From the human T2T-CHM13v2.0 reference genome, Homo sapiens, in NCBI RefSeq assembly GCF_009914755.1, contig NC_060933.1: 64,000 bases of DNA; one strand, 5' to 3'. The notes below the pieces were generated by a model. That model made no database searches. It was not told where the DNA came from and was given only the letters and a program-made list of their open reading frames with translations. A program made the position numbers and the translations under genes. Shown piece by piece: positions 24,850 through 41,016 of the stretch (position 1 is the first letter of the stretch; every line of letters begins with the position of its first letter).

Positions 24850-25600
24850 TGTACATTTTTTTTCTTTTAAACTTCATGCATTTTGCATACAATTTAAGAA
24901 ATCTAACCCAGGGTCACTAAGATTTTCTCCTATGTTTTCTTCCAGATATTTCATAGTTTTATCTCTCACATTTAGTTCTATTCCTGACTCATTTCAAGTT
25001 TTGCATATTGTGTACAGTAAGGATAAAATAAGCAAATATGTATATGCACTTGCATATGAATATCGAATTTTTCAGTACCATTGTTAAAAAGATTATCTTT
25101 TCCCTCAATTGAATTGCCTTGGCAATTTTGTTGAAAATCAGTTGACCCATATGTGTGTGGGTCTGTTTCTGAACTTTCTAATTTTTTCCATTGATCATTA
25201 TGTCTTTTTATGCCAATACCACACTGTCTTGATTCCTGTATCTTTATAATATAACTTGAGATCAGGTAGTATAATTACTCCAACACCCTTTTTCCCCCAA
25301 AATGTTTTTTGGCTCTTCTGATCCTTTGCGTTTTCATATAAATTTTAAAACCAGCTTGTCAGTATCTAAAAAAAAATGCCTGCTAGAATTTTGATTGGGT
25401 TTGTCTTGAATATGTAGATTAATATGGGGAAAATTGTCATTTTAACAATAGTGAGTCTTCCAAACATTGACCATGGTATATCTCTTCATTTAGTTACTTC
25501 TTTGATTTCTCTCCTCAGTGTTTATAGTTTTTAACTTACAGGCCTTACATTTCTTTTGTTAAATCTATTCTAAGAATTTAATATTTTGGGGGGATGCTGT
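24850..25600 (-). mobile_element. Old L1M ORF2 fragment
   Basis: ttgaattgccttggcaattttgttgaaaatcagttgacc; ccaataccacactgtcttgatt. Confidence 0.65.
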
Positions 25601-25754
25601 TGTACATAGCATTTTTTAAACAGGAAGAAATACATATACATTTTATTATTACATGCACATGTGCGCATGGGAGTCAAGCAAGATATAAATATTCAGAGAA
25701 AGATAAGATGGTTCATGCTTGTATACCATCTTTTGGGGGCCAGATGGGAAGGCC

Positions 25755-29230
<3,476 letters not shown>

Positions 29231-29234
29231 TTTG

Positions 29235-29455
29235 CTCTGGAGAACTGTCCTGCATACTGTAGAATGTTTACCAGCATCCCTGTTCTTTAGCCAGTAAATG
29301 CCAGTAACATCACATGGGAACTTGTTAGAAATACAGTTTCACAGGCCCTGCTGCACTGCACTGAGTCTAGAAACTAAGGTGATGTGGCCCAGCATTCTGT
29401 GCTTTAACAGCCCTCAGGTGATTCTAATGTATGCTCAAGCTTGAAATTCCACTGC
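29235..29455. mobile_element. MER20 fragment followed by MER5A fragment (hAT-Charlie)
   Basis: ctgtcctgcatactgtagaatgtttaccagcatccctg; gggaacttgttagaaatac...tttaacagccctcaggtgattctaatg. Confidence 0.65.
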
Positions 29456-29496
29456 CTTGGTAGATTGCAAGGTTCCCCCTGCCCCCAGAAAGAACC

Positions 29497-30095
29497 TGTA
29501 TTAGTCAAGGTTCTCTAAAGGGACAGAACTGATAGGGTGTGTGTGTGTGTGTGTATGTGTGTGTGTGAGTGCACATATACATATATGCACACACACACAT
29601 ATCTATATATGAGAGTTTATTAGGAGAATTGACTCATATCATCACAAGGTGAAGTCCCACACTAGGCCATCTGCAAACTGCGGAGCTGGGAAGCCAGTCC
29701 GAGTCCCAAAACCTCAGAAGTAGGGAAGCCGACAGTGCAGCCTTCAGTCTGTGGTCAAAGGCCCGAGAGCCCCTGGCAAAGCACAGGTGTAAGACCAAGA
29801 GTCCAAAAGCTGAAGAACTTGGATGTTCAAGGGCAGGAATCATCCAGCATGGGAGAAAGATGGAGGCCAGAGGACTCAGGTCTGTCTTCTCCTTCCGCGT
29901 TCCTCTGCCTGCTTTTATCCTAGTTGTGCTGTCAGCTGATTAAATGGTACCCACCCAGGTTGAGGGTGGGTCTGTCTCTCCCAGTCCACTGACTGAAACA
30001 TTAATCTCCTTTGGCAACACCCTTACAGACACAGCCAGGAACAATACTTTGCATCCTTCACATGCAATCAAGTGGCACTCAATAGAGTGTCACAT
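29497..30095 (-). mobile_element. MLT2-like ERVL solo LTR with internal (TG)n/(CA)n
   Basis: TGTATTAGTCAAGGTTCTCTAAAGGGACAGAACT...aggaacaatactttgcatccttca. Confidence 0.8.
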
Positions 30096-31197
30096 TACAG
30101 AACCATTATTATCACTATATCGTTGACTAGCATAATGGCAAATTTATGCTTATTGACCAATTAGTAATTGCAGAGCTTAATCTTTTTAAGGTAGCTTTAG
30201 CCAGGCTATTCAGAGAGATGTGTATGTACTTTCTACACATTTGTGAAAAAGAACACCAGTTGGGAAGAGGATTTGAACTGAAATGGGACTACAAAAGGTA
30301 GTCTCCAGTGAGAGACAGACTTTGTTTCAATAAAAAGAATAGATTTTAGTAAAATCCTGTCTGAAAATGGAGAGGACGTGTGAAAGGTACAGAATGACCC
30401 ATCTCTTAGAAGTATTAAGCAGGACTTGGATGTTAGTTAAGGTGAAGCTTTCAGTAGTAATGCAGGATAAGGAGAATGGCAGACGTATACTCTTAAGCAT
30501 CCTTTCCAGGTTTTGTGTTTTAGGGTTTTCTTCACCTTTTTTTTTCTCCTGTGGCACGTAGCTCTAATCTTCTTTGATAGCTACTTGGTGCTTTCTGAGA
30601 TTTAGCAGTTTTCCTGCATGTATGGTCTTTGACCTTTCCCAGGAGTTGGCATGTGCACTCCAGTGTGGGATTCTTTCCTGTGTAGTTCTCTACTGCCTTT
30701 GGAAACAGCGCTTTGTGATTACATTGACAGGAGCTCCTCTTACTATCTGCTTATTTTCAGAAAGAAGTTATTTCTCATTCTTGTTTTAAAGGTTATTATC
30801 TAGATCTGGCCTGTTATGCTCTTCTTTTGGTGTGAACAGAATAGAGGGGATTTCTATGCTAGGTTTTAAATAAGGAACATTTGTAACTTAAACTTTCAGA
30901 AGATATCTCACATGAAACTGGCTGCCTGCCACAGGAGTAACTTAGATCTCTCCACCTTGTTGTCAGGAGCCTGGAACAGAGATTTTTGCATTGGATATGA
31001 GATCAGATTGACTTTTAAGGTCTCGTCTGACTCTTTGCCTTTCAAGTTTTGATCAGAAGTCTCAGCTTTTTTTCTCCAGGTTTAGATTTAACAATCTAAA
31101 CCTAGTTCTAACATTGGTATGTAGTGCCTAATAAATGTTGCTTAAGTAAAATGAACTTGGAAACATTCTTCATGGTATCCTCTTTTTTCTCTTGCAG

Positions 31198-31227
31198 TTA
31201 AAAGGGCCAAATTCCAGGGTTCACCAG
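31198..31227 (+). CDS. UNC13B: UNC13B (Munc13-2) coding exon 2, 30 nt, phase 1-1, C2A start: (V)KRAKFQGSP(D)
   Basis: Acceptor tcttttttctcttgcag, donor CAG|gtaagg. Translation matches the remembered UNC13B N-terminus [20 protein letters not shown] and is in frame with the next exon. Confidence 0.95.
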
Positions 31228-31524
31228 GTAAGGCCAGCTTTCTATTATGTCTTTTCCTCTTGTATTTGCTGTTATTTCAAAGCAATTTAAAAAAATTATT
31301 AATTCATTGATCAAATTCAGTAATTTGATTCATTACTTCACTAAATTAATTCATGAAATCATTAATCTAGTGAAAAATTAGTTTTCTTACCTCTTGGCTA
31401 ACCCAATTCTACTTCTCAATAATAACTATATATTTAGAGGTTTTGATATACCTTTTCCGACTTTTTCTCAGAAAAAAGTCTGAAATAGTGTAAAAGGATA
31501 AATATTGACAATTAGTGGAAACAA

Positions 31525-31700
31525 TTTTTTTTTTTTTACTTTAAGTTCTAGGGTACATGTGCACAACGTGCAGGTTTGTTACATAGGTATACATGTGCCA
31601 TGTTGGTTTGCTGCACCCATTAACTCGTCATTTACATTAGGTATTTCTCCTAATGCTATCCCTCCCCCCGTCCCCCACCCCACGACAGGCCCCAGTGTGT
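31525..31700 (-). mobile_element. Very short 5'-truncated L1PA 3' end
   Basis: Poly-T followed by actttaagttctagggtacatgtgcacaacgtgcagg...acgacaggccccagtgtgt. Confidence 0.9.
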
Positions 31701-31884
31701 AGTGGATAAATATTGAAATATCAGTGTATCATGTCTTGCAGTTCATGAACCTGTTTCAGCTTGAGAGTGTGTGTATATGTATCTATTGGGTCATATATAA
31801 AATTTCTTAAAATTTAAAATATTCAAATAGACCATGTGAAACATATCTTATGCAACCTGCTTTTCCCCCAGCAACACATCATGA

Positions 31885-31886
<2 letters not shown>

Positions 31887-31931
<45 letters not shown>

Positions 31932-31934
31932 TGT
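31887..31934 (+). repeat. (GT)19-AT-(GT)4 microsatellite
   Basis: Read directly. Confidence 0.95.
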
Positions 31935-33336
31935 CTGGTTCGTTCTTTTAAGGTGCTGTACAGAATTTTGTTGTAGATTTGTACCCTGATTAATAGGTCC
32001 CTGATTGATTAATACTTGATTAATATTTAGGTTCCCAAGTTTTTGCTATTACAAATAATAAATGTTCTTGTGCACTTCTCATTGCTTGCTTTTGCAAATG
32101 TGTCTATGTACTAGATTCAGAAGTAGAATTGCTGGGTCAAAAGTGTATATATATTTTTAAAAATTTGGTAACTCCTGCCAAATTGTTCTCTTGCAAGTTT
32201 TTACTATATATACCGAGACCAAAAGTTTATGAACATTTATTTTCCCAAATCCTTATCAACATTTGATATGAAACTTTAAAATCTCTGTCCATCTGAAGAT
32301 TAAAAATGGTATTTCCTTATTTTAATGTGCATTTCCTCAATTTTGATTGTCACATTAGGAAGACTTCCTCTGGTTACTGCTGGGGAAGGAGGGAGGGGAG
32401 CTGGAGGGTTACTGGAAATATATGAATACGCTTGAGAACCCAGGAAAACCTGAAAAACTGGACCTTGGGTGCAACAGTAATGAAAGCAGTTTCTGAGCAG
32501 TTTCTTGTTTTAAAGGTTATTATCTTTTTGTCTCTGCTGGCTCTTTTTTTCTGAGAATCTGCTCTGTTGTTTCTCTCCCAGCTGGTTTTCTATGCTTACC
32601 CATCTTGTACCCATAATAGCTGCCTCAGTGGAATTTATACCCCTTCCTTTTAGCTTCAGCACCAACCACCAATTGTCAATATTTATCTTTTTACCCTATT
32701 TAAAATCTTTTGAGAGGGAATCAGGTTTGTTTCAGCTTTTGGCCAGCTCATGGATTGGCTGCTCTTGGGTTATTTACTCTTGGTCTGGTCAGCTATGTGT
32801 GATTGGATGTTGGGGTGGAGTACAAAATAATGTAATATAAAACATAGCTCAGTGGCCTACTGCACTACTACTACTGGATATGGATGGAGATTCCCCTTGT
32901 ATGGGCTTTTATCCTCATATATCTTTAATATAATTATAAATTTTCCATGTTGATAAGTATAAAACCACACCATTTTAAATGATATTTAAAAGAAAGACTT
33001 ACCTTCAGCTGAAAGTGTATGACGGGTTCCATTTTCTCATATCTTCTGTAACATTAGGTAATCATGTTAAGCAATGTTTGCCAATTTGATGAGTCAAAGT
33101 GATAGTTTGCTATTTTTTCATTGTATAACATTAGGATTAATTTCTTACATAGAAAAGCAAACCCTCAATTCAGTGCCCCTAATCATGGCTGATGTGGATG
33201 TAGTGAGGTGAGTGCCAAATGTGCTGTAATAAGAATTAGGTGAGACACCTGAGTTTGAAGTTTCAGGCCACCACCTTTGTTTAGTAATCAACTTGTTTAG
33301 TACTCAACTCTCAGGTTAGAGAATTTCCTTTTCTCA

Positions 33337-33762
<426 letters not shown>

Positions 33763-34291
33763 TTAACAGCTCAGCTCTGCAGTTCTTTATCACTTTTTCT
33801 TTTTTCCTTCTGGTATGTATCTCTTTCTACATTTTATTAAATTTACGTACCTTATCTTTCCTAGTAGGTCAATTAGATTTGGATTTTTCCCCCCAGATGG
33901 CAAGTGGGCTATATAATTAACATAGTAGGTTAGGATTAACATTGTAATAGATTAAATAAATTAGAACAGGAAATATCAATGTATCATATCTTGGCATTCA
34001 TGAATCTGTTTCAGTTTGAGTGTGTGTGTATGCATATCTGTTGGGTCATATATAAAATTTCTTAAAATTAAAAAAATAGTATTTTAGATTATGCTCTTGA
34101 AGATAGCACGTAGTTTTATAATTTCGGCAACTCTGCTATGTCTTGAATGAGGCTATGTTGTACAATATAGCTTAATTTTTTCCTGCACATGTAATACTTT
34201 AATTTCTATATTGCTTAATTCCAAGGGCTTTGTGAGATGGGTAACAATCTGAGCACTAAGTATTATGTCTCCATTTTGTATTTTTTCAAAG

Positions 34292-34391
34292 ATAAATTTA
34301 ACACATATGTGACCCTGAAAGTACAGAATGTGAAGAGCACAACTGTAGCAGTTCGTGGTGATCAGCCTTCCTGGGAACAGGATTTCATGTT
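34292..34391 (+). CDS. UNC13B: UNC13B coding exon 3, 100 nt: (D)[32 protein letters not shown](F)
   Basis: Acceptor ttttttcaaag, donor TT|gtaagt. Munc13 C2A motif [17 protein letters not shown]...PSWEQDFMF. Confidence 0.97.
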
Positions 34392-35348
34392 GTAAGTATT
34401 TTGCAGCAGCAGTGTGCCTACATATTTTATAATCTTTTTAAGGGAATTGCATTGGATGAAACAATTAGAAGATTTTGTGTATTTTTGAGATTTATAAAAT
34501 GTACTGGCACTGTTAAATACTGTTTTGAAAACTGTGGAGTTATAGAAATAAGTGAGGTTCATGGTACATGAAGCACAACTGCAGTTTTGTTTTCTCATGG
34601 ATTCGTAATTTGTTCTTAGAGATGAATGATAATGCAGGTAAACTCCCAATTGATTTGTGTTGGTGAAAAACTACATAGGCAGATTTTCTCAGTGGTCAGA
34701 ATTAGAATACAGTACAACAGACTTAGCATGACATTAAACATAACTTCATCTTTCTTTGATTCTGAGAAGGCTCTTTGAAGGAATGTGGCCATGCATGTGA
34801 GAGACTGTATCTTCATGTGTACCTCAGTCATCTGTTTTAGAGGCTGAAGATTTCTGTGCTTATAATCCTTTTGCTTTATGGAGTAAAATGTCCTATATTC
34901 AATTAATTAAAATGAATAAATATTAGTAGAATTTCTCGTGTATGACAAAGTTTAGTATATTATGATTTTAATTAAACTTTGGCTTTAAAAACTTGTTATT
35001 TCTTTCTTTTGTCCCTTTAGTTTCAGGATTTTTTTGTTCCTGTTCTACAAAAGGGGAGAAAAGTATAGAATATATTGAAGGACTGGGCAAATCATTTAGC
35101 TTCATAGGGCACTAGTTTCCTTATCTGTAAAGGTCTTCCTTTCTCAGAAGATTATGCTTGTTTTTTCTGGGAGTTGGAGGTGGGCATGAAGGGGCTGAAT
35201 GAGAAAACGTACTGAAATTTGCTGTGAAATTTGAAACTGAACTGAAATCGATTTGCATGTTTTATAGTGCAGCTCAGAGGGACATAGGGATGGTTATTAT
35301 TTTTAAGGGGAGACATTTCCAATCCTCTGGGCTCTTGGTATATTGCTG

Positions 35349-35349
<1 letters not shown>

Positions 35350-35389
<40 letters not shown>

Positions 35390-35670
35390 AGGCAGGATCT
35401 CACTCTCTCACCCATCCTAGAGTGTGGTGGTATGATCATAGTTTACTGCAGCCTCTAACTCCTGGGCTTGAGCGATCTTCTTGCCTTAGCCTCCTGAGTA
35501 ATGGAAACTACAAGCATGTACCATCACACCTTGGCTAATGTTTTTATTTTTTGTAAAGATGGGGTTTCACTATGTTGCCCAGGCTGATCTCAAACTCCTG
35601 GGCTCAAGCAATCTTCCCGCCTTGGCCTCCCAAAGCTGTGGGATTACAGGTGTTAGCCACTGCACCCAGC
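35350..35670 (-). mobile_element. Alu (AluJ-like) with ~39-nt pure poly-T
   Basis: T-run 35350-35388; TSD-like tatattgct. Confidence 0.87.
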
Positions 35671-35689
35671 TTATATTGCTTCCTATAGG

Positions 35690-36200
35690 ACCATTATTGT
35701 GATAGTTAAAGGCAAAGATTATAAGGTTTTGGGCTAGGACAATAGCAGAAGACATAGAAAAGGATGAATAGAAGGTATTCAGGAAGTAGAACCAAAACAT
35801 TTTCTTGGAAGATGGGTTGGGTGGTATGCCATTCAGTAGGATAGGGATTAATATCAGTTATGGACAATCTTATATTTGAGATTCTTATAGGACAGATAGG
35901 AAGGATGAGAGGTACAGAAGATAGTTAGAAACCTAAAGCTGGCACTCAGGGAAGAAGTCTGCTTTGGAGAAATATTTTGGTCAGTTGAAGCCATAGGTGA
36001 AGATGAGAAAGCTTAGGGAGAGAATGTGTATGGTGAGAAAAGGGACTGGAGTAGAAGCTGGAGAGTGGCAGCATTTAATGAGGGGACAGAGGGAACTAAA
36101 AAGGATTGAACAGAGAGGTAGGAGAGCCAGGAGATAATGGTGTCTTGGAAGCTGAGGGAGAACTGGGCTTCAAAGAGAAGGAGGCCAATGGTGTCATGTT
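35690..36200 (-). mobile_element. L2 relic
   Basis: Purine-rich degenerate L2 motifs (ggtatgccattcagtagg, gagagccaggagataatggtgtcttggaagc). Confidence 0.55.
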
Positions 36201-37299
36201 TCTTTCTCACTGGTTGCTTCTCTCTCAAGATTATATAAGCCTCATTTATTCCCTCTCTCAGTGACAGTGATATGAGACCGAGAGCACCTGTTTCCTTCTT
36301 TACACATGCAGTGTACAGAGTCAGCTACAAATGGTTTATGCAAGTCTCTTTCCATACCAGTATGTTAGCCATAGTCCTGGCTATGGTTTATAAACCTAGC
36401 ACTTCCAGTTGGCTATAACCATAATTTCCAGTTATAACTCTTCCCATCATATGAGGCACAGTGATCTTCTGCAGCCTCTCATCAGCATAGCCAGCATTAT
36501 TCTTATGTGTTTATTTTCCAATTTCCCATAGCACTTCCCCTTTTGACCCTGCTGTGATATGTGTGAATTTTCTTCCTGTCTCTCCCACGTTGAGATGCTG
36601 TGTGAATTTTGCCCTCTTCTTTTACACGTGGGTTTTATTAGCTACTTTCTCTACTTTTCTGCTCTTCCTACTCCTTATTCCTCCTATCCTGTCCTATTTT
36701 AGTTATTTACTTATTTTTTTTGGTTCACTCCTTGCAGAACTTAGTCTACTACCCTGTCCTTTTGTCACCGGAATCTCCAGTGCTGGTTTCCTATCTCCCG
36801 TTCTCCTTTTTCCTTCTCCATGATGTATTATGTGGCAGTATCTAATATTCGTTTTGGTATTTCTTATATTATTTGTTTTTAATATTTTCATATCTTGTTT
36901 TTAGGATTAGATTGTTCATTTCTTAAGGGTAAGGTGGGCATCTTCACTATTTGTGTGCATTTGTGTAGCCCAGAGTCTGCTATACACGTGTTTATGTATA
37001 TTGTTGATTGAATTAACAGAAAAGAAACTTCCCTAGGGTCCTGGGTATGAAGCATAAACAGAGCTCTCAGACCTCTCTTAGCTGGACCTGCTGAGCAAAT
37101 GTAGGTGAGATGAGAAGCTTCTTATAGAATATATACTCATTGTTTGGGCCTTCTCCCTAGAGAGTTCTCTGAAGAGCAGATTTTCTTCTTTATCTGTTCA
37201 AGTCAAGCTGTTGAAGACCTCTGGCTATTTCTTCTGTCTGTTGGCTTGAGATGCTATTTGGGAGTTGATTTGGGAATATTATATATGTATCCCCAAGCA

Positions 37300-37610
37300 A
37301 ATTTCTTTTTTTCTTTATTTTGTGGGACAGGGTCTCACTCTGTTGCCCAGGCTGGAGTGCAGTGGCAGCATCTTGGCTCACTGCAGCCTTGATCTCCTGG
37401 GCTCAAATGATTTTCCTGCCTCAGCCTCCTGAGTAACTGGGACTACAGATGCATGCCACCATGTCTAGCTAATTAAAAAAAATTTTTCTGGGAGACACTA
37501 GGTTTTGCCATGTTGTCCAGGCTGGTCTCAAACTCCTGGGCTCCAGTGATCTTCCCACCTCAGCCTCCCAACATACTGAGATTACAGGCATGAGCCATTG
37601 CACCTGGCCC
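37300..37610 (-). mobile_element. Alu (AluJ-like)
   Basis: Antisense Alu with TSD-like caagcaa. Confidence 0.87.
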
Positions 37611-38646
37611 AAGCAATTTTTCGATTCCATATTCAAATGATGGATAAGTCCAATGGATTTGAGGATGTCACATATCTTTTCCAAGACTAATTGGTTAATT
37701 AGGCTGAATTAAATTATGTGACAAAAAGCTTAGTTTCTCCACTGTGAACACTGTAACTTAGTGGCTAGGCTTATTCATCTACTTTGTGGCTCTGAACAGC
37801 TCTCCAGATAGCTTAGAAGTTTTTGGACACAAAAACTGAGTCCTATATTATGTTTCTACTCCAAAGCACTAAGTCATATGTCTTGTAAGTGCTCAGGAAA
37901 TGCTAATTAAATGAATAAATTAACTCAGTACATTCTATGCTGTATTATATTTATATAAAAGGGACAAATTTTCTTTGCTTTATTCATTTTCAACACCTGA
38001 CATGAATTCTGTGGCTGTCATTCTATATCTCAAACTTGTGAATCTGAGAACATTTATTTTATAGCACAACAGGGAACCCAAGCTTTCTCTAAAGTACAGA
38101 CTTGAAGCTTCTACTTGTGATAAATAGCTGTTGTTTTCCTGAGAATGCCTTTCTGCTTTCTCTGCTGGAATTGGTCTTTTCTCATCTTTCTTGGATTACC
38201 CCTCAAGTAACCTTGTGTTTCAATAAGAGCTTTCTGGAGAACGTTTTTAGCATTAACACAGGTACTATTTGCGTATTCTAGTTTAATACTGGGATTATGT
38301 TTGAGTTAGTCCTTCCAAGCAGATATTCAACCATGTATGATACTGCTTTTAAATAGTGCTTATCTGGCTCTTTATGGAATGATTTCTTTTCGAATTTTTT
38401 CCCCTGGTTATTATTATAGGAAAATCATTGTATTTATCATTATCCCATGGTAATAATTTTGCTTATAAGTGACAGTGCCTAGCTTAATAATGATTAATGA
38501 GTCTCCAGGGACTGAGTGGTGTGAACTAGCACACTCTAGAGCCCCTCACTTGCCTGTGACCACATGTTCCTATCAAACTTATATGTTCTCAGGGACCCTA
38601 CTTCTACCTGGACTCCCTTTCATAAATCCCCCCCGCCCCGCCCCGG

Positions 38647-38922
38647 CTTTTTTGGTGGGGATGGAGTCTGGCTCTGTCACTCAGGCTGGAGTGCAGTGGC
38701 GTGATCTTGGCTCTGCCTCCTGGGTTCAAGTGATTCTTGTGCCTCAGCCTCCCAAGTAGCTGGGATTACAGGTGTGCACCACCATGCCCAGCTAATTTTT
38801 GTATTTTTAGTAGAGACAGGGTTTTGCAACGTTGGCCAAGCTGGTCTCAAACTCCTGACCTCAGGTGATCTGTGCACCTCCCAAAGTGCTGGGATTACAG
38901 GCTTGAGCCACCATGCCCAGCC
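38647..38922 (-). mobile_element. Alu (AluS) with small deletions
   Basis: Antisense Alu with TSD-like ataaatc. Confidence 0.85.
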
Positions 38923-39189
38923 TGATAAATCTTGTAAAGTAGACTTACCTTTCCTAAAAGTTTCCTGTATACGATGTGTAGTTTAAGTTGAAGCAGTGTT
39001 AGTTAACAATAACACATATAAAACTGTTGCCTATGGGTGGAAATTGGCAGGCAGGCCTGGCAATAATGTCCTTATTACTTGGCCTCATATTGTGTGAAAC
39101 TGCATTAGTCTAATTATGATTGTATCTCCAAAGCGGAAAGAATGGATAGACAAAGGCATTTTTCTTTCTTTTCCCGCCCCCCCTCCCCA

Positions 39190-39460
39190 CTGAGGTTTAA
39201 TTGGGATATAAGAAACTGTACATAATTAATGTATACAATTTAGACATTTATATACTTGTGTTACCATCACCATAATCAAGGTAGTAAATATATTTATCAC
39301 CTCTAAAAGTTTACTTGTGTCTCCTTTTTTTTGTTGTATGTGTGTGTTAAGAGCATTTAATATGAAATCTACCCTCTTAAATTTTGAGGTGCACAATACC
39401 TTATTGCTAACTGGAGGCACTATGTGGTATAGCAGCAGGTCTCTGGAACTTATTTAACTG
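39190..39460 (-). mobile_element. L1MA/MB 3' end fragment
   Basis: ctctaaaagtttacttgtgtc...aaatctaccctcttaaattttgaggtgcacaatac. Confidence 0.65.
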
Positions 39461-39658
39461 TAACAAAGGCAGTTTTCTATGGATACCTATTATAGGTTTC
39501 TTGGAGCCTAAAAATGGTCGTGGCATTCTGGGAAATTTTGATTTTTCCTGAAGACAGGATCCTGGTGAGAAAGCATTCAAAGTTTAGCAAAACAGGAGAT
39601 GTAGTTGTTTCTTTCATATTGTCTAGCTTTCCTCAAAGGGCTTTCCTCTTTCCCTTAG

Positions 39659-39776
39659 TGAGATTAGTCGCCTGGACCTGGGTCTAAGTGTGGAGGTATG
39701 GAACAAAGGACTGATCTGGGACACCATGGTGGGGACTGTGTGGATTGCGCTGAAGACTATTCGTCAGTCGGATGAG
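39659..39776 (+). CDS. UNC13B: UNC13B coding exon 4, 118 nt: (F)[39 protein letters not shown]
   Basis: Acceptor ctttcctctttcccttag, donor GAG|gtcagt. Munc13 motif [16 protein letters not shown], also seen in ORF 39690..40028. Confidence 0.97.
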
Positions 39777-40892
39777 GTCAGTCATTGCATTTTCTGTTTG
39801 GAAGTATGGTTCCCAGCCCATGCTTCTCCCCATGCTAGCTCCACTTTAGCTAATATTCATCCATGCATCTTGGATTATTCTTCCCCCTTTCTAATTAGAG
39901 GGCATGCAACCTGCCTGTTCCTAACTTCACCTGAAGGTTCAGATGATTTTATTTATGTCTGGCCTACCCTGTGTCCTGTGACAACTCACAGGCTCCAGAG
40001 CACCTCTTCAGCCTTATCAGGTAGATAGCCCCTTCTGAGGTATGTGTGTGTCGGTGTGTGTGTTTACTTAGGGTACTTGTGGTTTCTGTGTTCTCTTCTA
40101 AGTCACTGCCCTGGGAGGAGTCCCATTAAACTTCCTTAGCCAGCTGGCTGGCTATTCTCTGCTTTGTTTCTTTGAGTTACCAATCTCCAAGGAACTAGTT
40201 TTCAGTGCCCTTCTTCTGCATGTAAGCCTGACAGAGTTTAAGGAACTACCAGGCTTGGCAATTTGTATTCACACTGTCTCTATACGTTATTTCTAGGATT
40301 GAACTCTTGCCTCACTTTCCTAGACTAGACCATAACTCAGCATCATTTCCCCACTTTGGACCTGGACAAAATCTGTTATATTCCTGTTTGGTGTTAACAT
40401 GGACCATGAGTTTTCTCTGGGAGTGGGGAAGTTGAAATTGCCTGTATTTTCTGTATTTCTTTTAGTTCTAGCTAAGTCTCTACTCCCCAGGCAGATGGGC
40501 AGTTCATTTTCATTGCTGCCCCAGTTCAATCCTATTTAGCCAGCAATGTTAGTAGCTTTTTACTGACTAGAAACAGTGACACAGTCATTAAGAACTGTGC
40601 AGGTTAAATATTGATCCACAGAGGTACTTAGTTTTAGAGTATGGTACTCCAGACATTCTGTCCTCGTTAGACCTGCAGAGCTGAGCACAGTGAAAGCTGC
40701 TCTCCCCACCAAAGAGGGAAAACAGAAGCCACATGCAGTGGAGGCAGGTGGTGATAGTGGTGTGTTTGCCTTATCAGGATGTGAATGGCCCTCAGAAGCT
40801 CAAACAAGGAACTTCAGAGAAAAAAACCTGACTCTTGAACTAAGAGGGAGCCAAGAAAGATTAAACTTTAATCTTAGATCTTTGTTTCCTAG

Positions 40893-41016
40893 GAAGGGCC
40901 TGGGGAATGGTCCACATTAGAGGCAGAGACGTTAATGAAAGACGATGAGATCTGTGGAACTAGAAACCCAACTCCTCATAAAATTTTGCTTGATACAAGA
41001 TTTGAGTTGCCTTTTG
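40893..41016 (+). CDS. UNC13B: UNC13B coding exon 5, 124 nt: [41 protein letters not shown](D)
   Basis: Acceptor tctttgtttcctag, donor TTG|gtgagt. Continues the frame and ends the C2A domain. Confidence 0.96.

Noticed and set aside
33153-33213. Strong donor GAG|gtgagt at 33207 as a possible exon in intron 2
   Set aside because: Upstream acceptors are weak and give frameshifting lengths (34 or 55 nt); no other support.
39777-40028. ORF continuing 83 codons past exon 4
   Set aside because: Chance intron read-through; Munc13 similarity stops at the GAG|gtcagt donor.
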